Below, piece by piece: positions 39,136-48,655 of a stretch of 64,000 nt of DNA. Both the position numbers and the translations under genes were made by a program. The stretch lies in the NCBI GenBank assembly GCA_963810935.1, contig CAWEPK010000003.1, positions 96,001 to 160,000 on the forward strand. Direction: 5' to 3'. How positions within the stretch are numbered: position 1 is the first letter of the stretch; the number at the start of each line of letters is the position of its first letter. The notes under the pieces are model-generated. The model was not told the origin of the DNA and searched no databases. It worked only from the letters and a program-made list of their open reading frames with translations. The DNA is from an uncultured delta proteobacterium (GTDB taxonomy: Bacteria; Desulfobacterota; Syntrophorhabdia; Syntrophorhabdales; WCHB1-27).

Positions 39136-41052
39136 ATGCCGTTACTCCAGCTCAACGATATTTCATTATCCTTTGGCGGCCCACCGCTGCTGGATAACGT
39201 CACCCTCCAAATCGAGGCCGGTGAAAGGATCGGACTCGTCGGGCGAAACGGCTCCGGCAAGTCTACCCTCATCAGCCTGCTCACAGGCGACGTTGCCCCT
39301 GATGCAGGCGCCGTTGCGCGAAACGGCGACGTGGTGGTCGCCGTGCTCCCCCAGGATGTCCCCGACGGTTTGGCGGGAAGGGTCTACGACGTGGTCGCTT
39401 CCGGCTGCCGGGAACATACGGAACTGCTGCGGGAATACCACGAGTTGACTGTTCAAATCGGCAGTAGCGGCGCACCGGGTCTGCTCGAAAGTCTGGGGCA
39501 GGTACAGCGGCGGATAGAGACATCGGGCGCATGGCACCATCACCAGCGGATTAAGACGGTGATCGCAAGGACGGACCTGGATGAGAATGCCGAATTCCGC
39601 ATGCTGTCCGCAGGTATGAAGCGAAGGGTTTTTTTGGCCAGGGCGCTGGCGAGTGAGCCCGACGTGCTCCTCCTCGACGAGCCGACCAACCATCTCGACA
39701 TCACGACTATCCTCTGGCTCGAAAAATTCCTGCTGAAGTATGAAAAGACATTCATGTTCGTGACCCACGACCGCGCGTTTCTCGCGCGCCTGGCAACGCG
39801 CATAGTCGAAATCGACAGGGGACGCCTCTTTTCCTTTAGCTGTAGTTACGGTACCTATCTCGAGCGACGCCAGGCCCTCCTGGAATCCGAAGAAAGGCAG
39901 GCCCAGGAATTCGATAAAAAGCTCGCCAGGGAAGAGACGTGGATCAGGAAAGGGGTAAGGGCACGCCGTACGCGCAACGAGGGCAGGGCGCGCGCATTGA
40001 TGCAGATGCGCGAGGAGCGCGGGCGCAGGCAGGAGCAGGCAGGCGTCTCGCGACTGGTCATCCGGGAAGCGGAACGGAGCGGCCGGATGGTCGTCGATGC
40101 GGAGGGGATTTTCTTTTCGCGGGGCGACAAAAAGATAGTGAAACAGTTCTCTACGACTATCGTCCGGGGAGACAGGGTCGGCATCATAGGACCCAACGGC
40201 TGCGGCAAGACGACCCTTCTCAAGTTACTGCTCGGCGACATCGAGCCTGCCAGGGGAAAGGTCCGCCTGGGCAGCGGGGTCAAAATCGCCTACTTTGACC
40301 AGCTCCGCGAACAACTGGACGAGAACAAGACGCTCAGGGAAAACATTGCCGACGGCAACGATACCATCATCACGGGGGACGGCTCGCTCCACGTGGTAGG
40401 TTACCTTCAGGATTTCCTTTTTTCGCCCAGCCGGATCATGTCGCCCGTCCGTACCCTATCAGGCGGCGAGCGCAATCGCCTGCTGCTCGCGAAGCTCTTC
40501 GCCGTCCCATCGAACGTGCTCGTCCTTGACGAGCCGACGAACGACCTTGACGCGGAAACGCTCGAGCTGCTCGAAGACCGGCTCCTACTCTACAAAGGCA
40601 CAATCCTGCTGGTCAGTCACGACCGTGAGTTTCTCAATAATGTGGTGACCTCTACGATTGTTTTTGAAGGCGACGGGCGGCTGCAGGAGTATGTGGGTGG
40701 TTACGACGACTGGCTCAGGCAGGCCCAGCCCCCGGTTGAGCCGTCGAAACCGCCTGCACCGAAGGACCGGGACGAGAAGAGGGGAAAGCCGCCGAAGGAG
40801 AAACAAAAACTATCCTATAAAGAGAGCCGGGAGCTGGAAGCGCTCCCTGAGACAATCGAATCCATGGAAGAGGAGAAGCGGCGCCTGGTCGCGACCCTGA
40901 ACTCCTCTGAATTCTATGCGAGTTACGACGCCGCGAAGTTGAAGGGAGTCAACGACCGGCTTGAGGCGCTGGAAAGGGGGCTGGACGAGGCCTATCACCG
41001 GTGGGACGAGCTGGAAACTTTGGTCGTAAAATTCAGCGAAGACCAGAGATGA
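39136..41052 (+). CDS. uup: ABC-F family ATPase (Uup-like)
   Basis: Two ABC domains, WIRKGVRARRTRNEGR linker, C-terminal KLSYKE.REL coiled coil. Confidence 0.92.
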   Translation: MPLLQLNDISLSFGGPPLLDNVTLQIEAGERIGLVGRNGSGKSTLISLLTGDVAPDAGAVARNGDVVVAVLPQDVPDGLAGRVYDVVASGCREHTELLREYHELTVQIGSSGAPGLLESLGQVQRRIETSGAWHHHQRIKTVIARTDLDENAEFRMLSAGMKRRVFLARALASEPDVLLLDEPTNHLDITTILWLEKFLLKYEKTFMFVTHDRAFLARLATRIVEIDRGRLFSFSCSYGTYLERRQALLESEERQAQEFDKKLAREETWIRKGVRARRTRNEGRARALMQMREERGRRQEQAGVSRLVIREAERSGRMVVDAEGIFFSRGDKKIVKQFSTTIVRGDRVGIIGPNGCGKTTLLKLLLGDIEPARGKVRLGSGVKIAYFDQLREQLDENKTLRENIADGNDTIITGDGSLHVVGYLQDFLFSPSRIMSPVRTLSGGERNRLLLAKLFAVPSNVLVLDEPTNDLDAETLELLEDRLLLYKGTILLVSHDREFLNNVVTSTIVFEGDGRLQEYVGGYDDWLRQAQPPVEPSKPPAPKDRDEKRGKPPKEKQKLSYKESRELEALPETIESMEEEKRRLVATLNSSEFYASYDAAKLKGVNDRLEALERGLDEAYHRWDELETLVVKFSEDQR

Positions 41053-41134
41053 TAAAGAGACGCACCCGCGGGAGCCTTAAGAAATCGCTCCGGCAATGGA
41101 AGCTTGATATATAATACTGAAGAAAGGATGCCGC

Positions 41135-41692
41135 TTGATCAACATTTATGTAGATGCCGATTCCAGTCCCGTTAAGAACGAGACCGTCAGGGTGGCCAAA
41201 CGCTATGGACTTAAGGTCTATTTCGTTTCCAACAACCCCAGGATGAGGGTCCCTGAATACAAATTGGGTGAAGTGGTAGCGGTTAATGACGATTTAGACG
41301 CAGCGGACGACTGGATCGTAGAGCATATTACCGCGAACGACGTGGTGATATCGGCTGATATTCCCCTGGTTGCGCGGTGCATCAAAAAGGAAGCACGAGT
41401 CCTCGATCCCAGGGGACGCGTCTTCACCGAAGAGTCGATAGGAGACGTGCTGTCACGCAGGGACATTATGACTTTCCTGCGGGACACGGGGAACCGGGAC
41501 ACGGTCAGCCGGGCGCCTGCCTACGATAAGAACGACCGCTCCCGTTTCCTGCAACGCCTGGACGATCTGATCCAGGCAATCCGTAGAGAAAGGGGAAACG
41601 ACACCGGCAACCAACCGTCGGATACCCCCAATCAAGAAGTCGGGGAGAACACGTCAAAAGGTAAGGCCGGCAGCGCAGTCGAGGAATGCTGA
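41135..41692 (+). CDS. YaiI/YqxD (UPF0178) family protein
   Basis: IYVDADSSPVK, DAADDWI, SADIPL. Confidence 0.88.
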   Translation: MINIYVDADSSPVKNETVRVAKRYGLKVYFVSNNPRMRVPEYKLGEVVAVNDDLDAADDWIVEHITANDVVISADIPLVARCIKKEARVLDPRGRVFTEESIGDVLSRRDIMTFLRDTGNRDTVSRAPAYDKNDRSRFLQRLDDLIQAIRRERGNDTGNQPSDTPNQEVGENTSKGKAGSAVEEC

Positions 41693-41806
41693 TCGGCGCC
41701 CTCTTTCAGGTCCCCAAATCATTACACAAACCGTGCTTTTGCTCTGCCCCGGCCGCCCGGCCCGATTGCCACTTGTAAACGGTTCCCCTTTTATTTACAA
41801 TAGCGT

Positions 41807-42418
41807 ATGTTCGTGACCGACGGGGAATCGAATTACGATAAGGTCTGCGCGGAGCTGCTCGTTCTGGTCGATAAAGAGGGCGCGGCTGCGAACGCGCCGG
41901 CGCTCGACGGGAGCCTGCACGAAGGCTTTGCCGCCATGCCGCTGTTCGGCCGTGACTGCATCGTCCGTCCGGACGGAGTATACATGAACGGGCAGAAGGT
42001 AGACTTTATGGGCGCCATCCTTATTGCGCGCTACCTGCTGCAGGCAGGCAAAGAGCCCGTCGGCCAAACATGGCTGCCGTATAGGGACTTAAAGGACGGC
42101 GGCCAGTTCTCTTCATTCATAAAGGCTAATATTGAGGACAAGATAGCGCGGATGTTCGGCGGTAACCGAGGGCTCCTGCACGTGCGCCTGAGCGCCCTCG
42201 GGGCAGTGGCGGCGCCGGACGGCATACGCGGAGACATCGCCCTGGTGCTCCATCCTCTGCCCCTTTTGCCCGTGCTCTGCCTGTTCTGGGACTCAGACGA
42301 GGAGTTCCCCGCTTCGTTCCAGTTCCTTTTCGACAAATCCGCCTCGTCGTACCTCGACCTGGAATCGCTCGCAGTAACGCTTCAATATATCTACCTGAAG
42401 GTTACCGGGGAAGCATGA
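41807..42418 (+). CDS. DUF3786 domain protein
   Basis: ARYLL, W.PYRDLKDG, PLP.LP..C.FWDSDEEFPA...FLFD. Confidence 0.78.
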   Translation: MFVTDGESNYDKVCAELLVLVDKEGAAANAPALDGSLHEGFAAMPLFGRDCIVRPDGVYMNGQKVDFMGAILIARYLLQAGKEPVGQTWLPYRDLKDGGQFSSFIKANIEDKIARMFGGNRGLLHVRLSALGAVAAPDGIRGDIALVLHPLPLLPVLCLFWDSDEEFPASFQFLFDKSASSYLDLESLAVTLQYIYLKVTGEA

Positions 42419-43668
42419 TAAAGGTCCTTATCATCGATGACGAGCATGCCATCCGCGAGAGCCTTTCCTCTATATTGAGCGACGAAGGGTTCGATGTCTT
42501 ATCGGCCCGCGACGGCAAAGAGGGACTTGCCCTTTTCGAGAAGGAGAAGCCCCGCGTAGTCCTCCTCGATATCTGGATGCCGGAAATGGACGGGCTTGAG
42601 GTGTTGAAGCTCGTCCGCGAGATGGACCACGAGGCGGTAGTTATCGTCATATCAGGCCACGGCACGATCTCGACGGCAGTAGAGGCAGTCAAGATGGGCG
42701 CCACCGATTTCCTCGAAAAGCCGCTATCGATCGACAAGGTCCTCGAAGTGATCAACAGGGGCCTTGCAGGAAAAGGGAACGGCAGAGAGAAGACGGGCGG
42801 CAAGGTGCGGATCGAGATCGCAAAGGGCCGCCAGGCATGCAGGCAGAAAACGGTCGGCAAAAGCATCGTCATGTACGGGATGGGCCTCTTCTCCGGCGTA
42901 AAGACGGGCATTATCCTCCTTCCCATGCCGCCGGACACGGGTATTATCTTCGAGCAGGTGCCGGAGGGCGAGCGCATACCTGCCTTCATCGATTACGTCT
43001 ATTCGTCGGGAAACGCCTCCTCGATAAGGGGGAAAAGCTGCACCATACGGACCATCGAGCACTTGATGGCTGCCTGTCACATGTACGGCATCACGAACCT
43101 CCTCGTCAAGGTGAGTGATGAAGTGCCCATATTCGACGGGTCTGCCCGCGAGATTTGCACCAATATAGAAGAAGCGGGCATAACGGAGCAGAACCAGGGC
43201 ATAGAGCCGCTCGTGGTCGGCGAGCGCGTCGAGCTTCCGAACCTGCCGGGCGACAAGTACCTCTCGATAGAGCCGGCCGAGGAGTTCGAGATCGACTATA
43301 CCCTGGACCAGCCGCGCCCCATAGGCAAGCAGAGGTACGTATTCAAAGGGGGCAAAGAGGCCTTCCTTCGGGAGATAGCGCCTGCCCGCACTTTCGGCTC
43401 GATAAAGGATTTCGAGAGGCTCGAAAAGATGGGCCTTGCGGCGGGGAGCCGCGTCAGCAGCGTCATGAGTAACGTCATTCTCCTCAACAACGAGGAGGTG
43501 ATCAATACGGAGTCGAGGTTTGCCGACGAGTTCGTGAGGCACAAGATCCTCGACTTGATCGGAGACCTCTACCTTGCCGCCCGCCCCGTGATAGGCAAGG
43601 TAATTGCCCGCCAGACGGGGCACCTCGAAAACATCGCCCTCGTAAAACGGCTGAAAGCCGGTTACTGA
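42415..43668 (+). CDS. lpxC: Receiver domain fused to UDP-3-O-acyl-GlcNAc deacetylase LpxC
   Basis: REC (IIDDE, LDIWMP, SGHG, EKP) followed in frame by LpxC motifs QKT..GMGLFSG, TIEHLMAA, PIFDGSA, ARTFG, HKILDLIGDL, GH. Confidence 0.9.
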   Translation: MIKVLIIDDEHAIRESLSSILSDEGFDVLSARDGKEGLALFEKEKPRVVLLDIWMPEMDGLEVLKLVREMDHEAVVIVISGHGTISTAVEAVKMGATDFLEKPLSIDKVLEVINRGLAGKGNGREKTGGKVRIEIAKGRQACRQKTVGKSIVMYGMGLFSGVKTGIILLPMPPDTGIIFEQVPEGERIPAFIDYVYSSGNASSIRGKSCTIRTIEHLMAACHMYGITNLLVKVSDEVPIFDGSAREICTNIEEAGITEQNQGIEPLVVGERVELPNLPGDKYLSIEPAEEFEIDYTLDQPRPIGKQRYVFKGGKEAFLREIAPARTFGSIKDFERLEKMGLAAGSRVSSVMSNVILLNNEEVINTESRFADEFVRHKILDLIGDLYLAARPVIGKVIARQTGHLENIALVKRLKAGY

Positions 43669-43679
43669 CACTGATTTTT

Positions 43680-43819
43680 TGTCTCGCGCGACGATAAGAC
43701 CTGTCTCGCGCGAAGAGACAAATATCTCTCTTCGCAAGACGGTCACAAAACACCTTTCCCTGTAAAACCCCGTCCTGACTTAAGCGCCCCGCCCGGCAGC
43801 CTATGGCACACTTATTGTA
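43680..43819 (+). promoter_or_regulatory. Putative sigma54 promoter with upstream tandem enhancer-like sites
   Basis: TGGCAC-ACTTA-TTGTA at 43804-43819; perfect TGTCTC-N7-GAGACA at 43702-43720 with degenerate copies at 43680 and 43723. Confidence 0.6.
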
Positions 43820-43862
43820 ATATCCTCAGTTTCAACCACAATCTTTTAATAGAGGTAAGTAC

Positions 43863-44507
43863 ATGAAAAAACGGGTAATTCTTGTCGTCTGTCTTTGCCT
43901 GCCGCTGGTGCTTCTCTGCGGCCGCGTCTTCGGCGACGGGCCGGGGAAGGACGGATGTGGACCCTTCCTGCCGCAAGGGGAGGCGCACAATCTGCTCAAA
44001 GGTACACTCAGCGAAATGCGCCTGACCGCAGGCAAGCCTGCAATGAATGAGACGGCAGGCGCCTACTATCTGGCGGTAATGATCCCCTATTATGAGGCAT
44101 GCATACGGCTGGAGCAGCAGGCGGCCCGCTTCAGCGGCGATACCGGCCTCGTAGCCGCTGCCCTCGACAAATCGCTTGCGGACGAGTTGCTCCTCGGGCG
44201 CCTGAAGACGTGGGGGCAGGCGGGTTCGTACGACACGAAACTCAGCGGCAGCTCGGCCGGCTCCTTTATGGACCTGATGAGGGAGATAAGGGAGACTGCG
44301 TGGGATGATATGTCTCCCGCCCTGTCCGACAGGAGCGCCGAGCGCTCCTTTATAACGGTCATGATTGCCTATGCCCAGGGGGCCGCCGATATGGCGAAGG
44401 TGGTGATGATCTTCGAGTCCGACGACGAGCTGCGCTCAATCGCGCAGCATGCGATCACGCTCCAGCAGGCAGGCGTCCGCTTGATGCAGTCATATCTGAA
44501 AAAGTAG
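43863..44507 (+). CDS. Exported DUF305-like (ferritin-like helical) protein
   Basis: Signal peptide; two repeats resembling F...MI.HH.GA..MA, with the His residues replaced by YY/YA. Confidence 0.55.
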   Translation: MKKRVILVVCLCLPLVLLCGRVFGDGPGKDGCGPFLPQGEAHNLLKGTLSEMRLTAGKPAMNETAGAYYLAVMIPYYEACIRLEQQAARFSGDTGLVAAALDKSLADELLLGRLKTWGQAGSYDTKLSGSSAGSFMDLMREIRETAWDDMSPALSDRSAERSFITVMIAYAQGAADMAKVVMIFESDDELRSIAQHAITLQQAGVRLMQSYLKK

Positions 44508-44523
44508 GACAGGATCCCATCCC

Positions 44524-45129
44524 CTAGGACCCTTTTTTTCGCTTCTTTGCCTTTCCCGGCCCTACGTAGGGGTCCATGCCCTGGCAGCCGAGGCATGAAT
44601 CTCCGTCCGCTGCCGGGTAGCTCTCGCCGCAGACGGGACAGACGGCGAACGTCCCCCTGTGGTTCTTTTCCAGTAAGCTGACCGGAACTTCTATAGCGCG
44701 CACTCCGCAGATATCCCCCGCCGCCTCGCCGATCTCTTTGAGGAGCAGACCGAAGTCCTGTTCCTTCTTCGACTTGGTCTTGAAGAACCAGCCCTTGATC
44801 TCCGGCCACTTATCGAGCCTGGCCGGGTCTATGAAGACGCGGACGCCAATGCCTGTCGATTTCTCGTACATGCTCAGGGCGTAGCGCCCCAGGTTGATGA
44901 TGGCGAGCCAGCCGTTCCCGATCGTGCAGGGGGTGAGGAGCTGAACGGCGTCGGGCAGGCACTTCGGCGTCTCGCACAGGGCGTTATAAAGTTGCTTATC
45001 CGGCAGGTGCCGGTACGCGAGGTCCACCATGTAGCCGCCGATAAGCACCCCCGGCGCAGGGTAACTATGGAACTCGCGGACACGCTCTATAAATTCGTCA
45101 TATGTATACGAACGGATTTTCTCTGTCAT
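44524..45129 (-). CDS. FmdE-family protein with C-terminal Zn finger
   Basis: FH.YPAPG, CET..CLPDAVQLLTPCT.GNG, CPVCGE...CLGC. Confidence 0.85.
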   Translation of the reverse strand: MTEKIRSYTYDEFIERVREFHSYPAPGVLIGGYMVDLAYRHLPDKQLYNALCETPKCLPDAVQLLTPCTIGNGWLAIINLGRYALSMYEKSTGIGVRVFIDPARLDKWPEIKGWFFKTKSKKEQDFGLLLKEIGEAAGDICGVRAIEVPVSLLEKNHRGTFAVCPVCGESYPAADGDSCLGCQGMDPYVGPGKAKKRKKGS

Positions 45130-45195
45130 GGCAGACTATTCTAACGCCGATTGACCACGGGTGCAATAACCCCGCGATAGCAGCCTGACGCAGTC

Positions 45196-48100
45196 CTATC
45201 TGCACGAGACGAAGCGGATCTCGTTGGCGGAAGACGAGAGGACGTCGCCGATCAGTCCCACAGCTTCCGCTATCTGCTCGTCCGTATTGCCTAGCCCTAA
45301 GGAGAAGCGCAGCGAGCAGTGGGCCTCTTCCTCGGTCATGCCCATCGCGACAAGGACGTGGGACGGCTCGGGTGAGCCAGATTTGCATGCCGAGCCGGAG
45401 GAGAAGAAGACGCCCCTGGCATCGAGGGCAAGTAGGAGCGATTCTCCGCGGACGCCCGGCAGGGTCACGTTAAGCGTATTGGGCAGCCTTCTTTCAGGAT
45501 GGCCGTTCAGCCTGGCGCCGGGGACTATCTTTTGGATGCCGTCAAAAAGGGCATCCCGCATCCCGGCTACGCGGCCGCCCATCTGCGAAAGGCGCTCCGA
45601 TGCAAGCAGCGCCGCCCTACCGGCGGCCACGATGGCCGGCGTATTCTCGGTCCCTCCCCTCAGTCCGCCCTCCTGTTTGCCTCCGTGGATCAGTGCCTCG
45701 CCCCCATCGACCCCTTTCCGCACGTAGACCGCCCCGACCCCTTTCGGGCCGTAAAACTTATGGGCCGAAAGGGTGAGGAAGTCGACGCTCCATCGGGCCG
45801 CATCGACTTCTATCCTGCCTGCCGCCTGCACGGCGTCCGTGTGGAAGAGCACGCCCTTTTGGCGGGCTATGCGGGCCAGCTCCGCAATGGGCTGGAGCGT
45901 ACCCGTCTCGTTGTTCGCCGCCATGATGCTCACAAGGCACGTCCTTTCGGTGATCGCCCTACTGAGGGCCTCCGGTGCGACCAGGCCGTATGCGTCAACG
46001 GGCAGGTACGTTACTTCGAGGCCGATCTTTTCAAGGAAGCGGCAGGCGGCCAGCACGGAGGGGTGCTCGACCTTTGATGTGATAAGGTGGTTTTTTGCAG
46101 GGGCTGACGCGAGGGCAACGCCCTTGATGACGAAATTATTGGCCTCGGAACCGCCGCTCGTAAAAACGAGTCTTCGGGGCGTGCAGCCCGCGAGAATGGA
46201 AAGGCTTCTGCGCGCCTGCTCGATTGCCCCGTGCGCCTCCCTGCCCGCTGAATAGATGGCCGATGCATTGCCGTAGCGCCCCAGGGCCTCTACCATCACT
46301 TCTTTCACGGAGGCGTCCATCGGGGTCGTCGCATTGTGGTCGAGGTATATCGGCTCGCGCACCTGCGCAGCGGGGCCTGATGCGCCGCCCGTCTCGTATT
46401 CCCCGGTCCCGACCGTTTGCCGCCCGCCTGCGCCTGCGCGTTCCACTTCGCAGAGGAGCGCCTTGTACGCGGGGAAGCCGGAAATAGGGTCGAAGTTGTC
46501 GAGGTCCGTCAATTCGTTGACACAAGCGGCACGCCAATCGTCCGAGCCGAGGGCGCCGCCACCTGCCCCGCTCGCCTCGACCGCCCCTTCCACGATATCG
46601 TCCGTCACCCGCGCGTACATCTCAACGCGGCCTCGGCAGGTGCGCAGGACGACCCTCTCCCCGTCGGCTATGCCCCTGCTTGCAGCGTCTTTGCTGTTGA
46701 TCGCCACGGACGGCGCCCGCAGCTCCTTGCCGAGGCCGGGGATGGAATGATGGAGGGAGTGGAGGTCCGCATTGTGGTGCGCGCCGGAATTGAAGACAAG
46801 GGGGTGGCGGGCCGCGAGGTCCGGCCTCGATGCCGGACTCTCGGTCGGCTCGACATAGCGCGGCAGGGGGTCGTAGCCGTATTCTTCGAGGAGCGTTGAG
46901 GCGATCTCGAACTTGCCCGTAGGCGTCTCGAAACCGGGTTTGCCGTCTTCCCTGAGCAGGCCCTTTTCCCATTTGCGATACTCCATCATCACGGGGGGCG
47001 CCTGAACGCTTCCGCCCGCGTTCCGCACGGCCCGTGGCGTGAAGCCAGAGCCGTCAAGCACGTAGGCCAACAGGCTTTCCGTATCCTGCGGAAAGAGATG
47101 GCCGTATCCCAGACGGGCAGCAAGCTCCGCGAGGATAAGAAAGTCGTACCGTGCATCGTTGACGGGCGCAGCGAGCTGCTCGCGTATGCGAAACACGGAG
47201 TCGTAGACCATGTATGATTCCGTCTCGTAGTAAGTGCATGCGGGAAGGACTATATCGGCGTAGGCCATATCGGCCGTCCACTGGCGGTCGACGCAGACGA
47301 AGAAATCGAGGCCGGCCAGGGTCTTGCGCCAGACTTGCGATGCCGGCCAGGACGTAATGAGCGACGCGCCGAGGCTGAATAATGCCCGTATGCGGTAAGG
47401 GTCCGAGTGGAGCACGGCCTGCGGCAGGGCTATCGCATGGAACTCGCCCCGATAACGCGTGTAGACAGGGAACCTGTTGTGGCCGGCCGCCTTCGAGGCG
47501 TTCGGGTTGGCGAGCAGGCCGGCGCGGTTTATGGGGAACATCGAGCCATTCATTTTAAAGCACTGTCCGCCCGGCACGTCCAGGTTGCCGGAGAGGGCGA
47601 GCAGGGTAAAGACCGCGCGCACCGTCTGGACGCCGTTCCCGTTGTATTCAAGGCCCGCGTACATAACGGGCGCTACGCCGTCTGCAGCCGCCAGGCGCCG
47701 CGCGCAGGACCTGACCGTCTCCGCAGATACGCCCGTGATGCCCTCTACGTAGTCGGGCCTGAAGTGCTGCACGTACTCGCTGAACGCATCGAAGCCCGTA
47801 GTCCAGTTACGGGCGAACGCCTCATCGTACAACTCTTCCTCGATGAGGACGTTGCACATGCCGAGGGCCAGCGCGCAATCCGTACCTGGCCTCGGGTGTA
47901 TCCATGAGGTGCCGGGCCAGCGTGCTAGGGAGGTCTTCCTGGGGTCGATGACGATTATTTCGGCCCCGCGCCTGCGGGCGGCCTCGATCTTGGGCAAGTC
48001 GTCCGGCGGGCAGTGGGCGGCCGGGTTCTTGCCCCATATCAGGACGAGCCGGGCGCGGTCGATTTCGGCGAACATGTCGATATACATGCGGCCCATCGTT

Positions 48101-48585
48101 ACATGGGGGGCGATCATGGCGAAGGCGACGTAGCAGAGGGCGCCGACGCCCAGGGTATTGGGCGAGCCGTAAGGAAAAAGCACGCTCGAGGCCGACGAGA
48201 CCGCGACTCCGGCAGGCTGGAAGACGTCGCAGAGCGCCCGGTCGAAGCTGCCGCTGCCCGTATAGACGGCCGCAGCCTCCGGACCCGATTCCTCGCGTAT
48301 CCGAAAGAGCTTTCCGGCGATCTCATCGTACGCCTCGTCCCAGGAGATCTTCTTGAAGTCGTAGGAGCCTTTCGGCCCCACCCTCCTTAACGGATGGGCG
48401 ATTCTGTGGTCGGAATAGACGATCTCGGGCGAGTGCTCCCCGACCTTGCAGATCATGCCGAACGGCGAAGTCTCGTCCGCCCGCACTGCGCTTATCCTGC
48501 CCGCCTGATCGTAGGAGACGATCACCCCGCAACCTGCCGAGCAGATGCCGCATATGCCTGCTTTCTCGTTCCTGCGCGTTGCCAT
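45196..48585 (-). CDS. Molybdopterin oxidoreductase (acetylene-hydratase-like) / cysteine desulfurase fusion; probable metallopterin-dependent ergothioneine synthase
   Basis: N-terminal CGICSAGC..C Fe-S motif and bis-MGD motifs; C-terminal YLDHNATTP, SAHKFYGPKG, SSGSAC; ends FVSCR; adjacent to egtD-like gene. Confidence 0.88.
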   Translation of the reverse strand: MATRRNEKAGICGICSAGCGVIVSYDQAGRISAVRADETSPFGMICKVGEHSPEIVYSDHRIAHPLRRVGPKGSYDFKKISWDEAYDEIAGKLFRIREESGPEAAAVYTGSGSFDRALCDVFQPAGVAVSSASSVLFPYGSPNTLGVGALCYVAFAMIAPHVTMGRMYIDMFAEIDRARLVLIWGKNPAAHCPPDDLPKIEAARRRGAEIIVIDPRKTSLARWPGTSWIHPRPGTDCALALGMCNVLIEEELYDEAFARNWTTGFDAFSEYVQHFRPDYVEGITGVSAETVRSCARRLAAADGVAPVMYAGLEYNGNGVQTVRAVFTLLALSGNLDVPGGQCFKMNGSMFPINRAGLLANPNASKAAGHNRFPVYTRYRGEFHAIALPQAVLHSDPYRIRALFSLGASLITSWPASQVWRKTLAGLDFFVCVDRQWTADMAYADIVLPACTYYETESYMVYDSVFRIREQLAAPVNDARYDFLILAELAARLGYGHLFPQDTESLLAYVLDGSGFTPRAVRNAGGSVQAPPVMMEYRKWEKGLLREDGKPGFETPTGKFEIASTLLEEYGYDPLPRYVEPTESPASRPDLAARHPLVFNSGAHHNADLHSLHHSIPGLGKELRAPSVAINSKDAASRGIADGERVVLRTCRGRVEMYARVTDDIVEGAVEASGAGGGALGSDDWRAACVNELTDLDNFDPISGFPAYKALLCEVERAGAGGRQTVGTGEYETGGASGPAAQVREPIYLDHNATTPMDASVKEVMVEALGRYGNASAIYSAGREAHGAIEQARRSLSILAGCTPRRLVFTSGGSEANNFVIKGVALASAPAKNHLITSKVEHPSVLAACRFLEKIGLEVTYLPVDAYGLVAPEALSRAITERTCLVSIMAANNETGTLQPIAELARIARQKGVLFHTDAVQAAGRIEVDAARWSVDFLTLSAHKFYGPKGVGAVYVRKGVDGGEALIHGGKQEGGLRGGTENTPAIVAAGRAALLASERLSQMGGRVAGMRDALFDGIQKIVPGARLNGHPERRLPNTLNVTLPGVRGESLLLALDARGVFFSSGSACKSGSPEPSHVLVAMGMTEEEAHCSLRFSLGLGNTDEQIAEAVGLIGDVLSSSANEIRFVSCR

Positions 48586-48655
48586 TGTTCACCTTCTCCT
48601 GGGTATTGCGAATCGAAAAAGCGCCCTGCCTTGCACCAAGGGCGCAAAACAAGCG

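Noticed and set aside
34669..48585. Selenoneine synthesis via YqeC plus MES
   Set aside because: The genes are ~10 kb apart with no selD/sen genes in view; no sequence support
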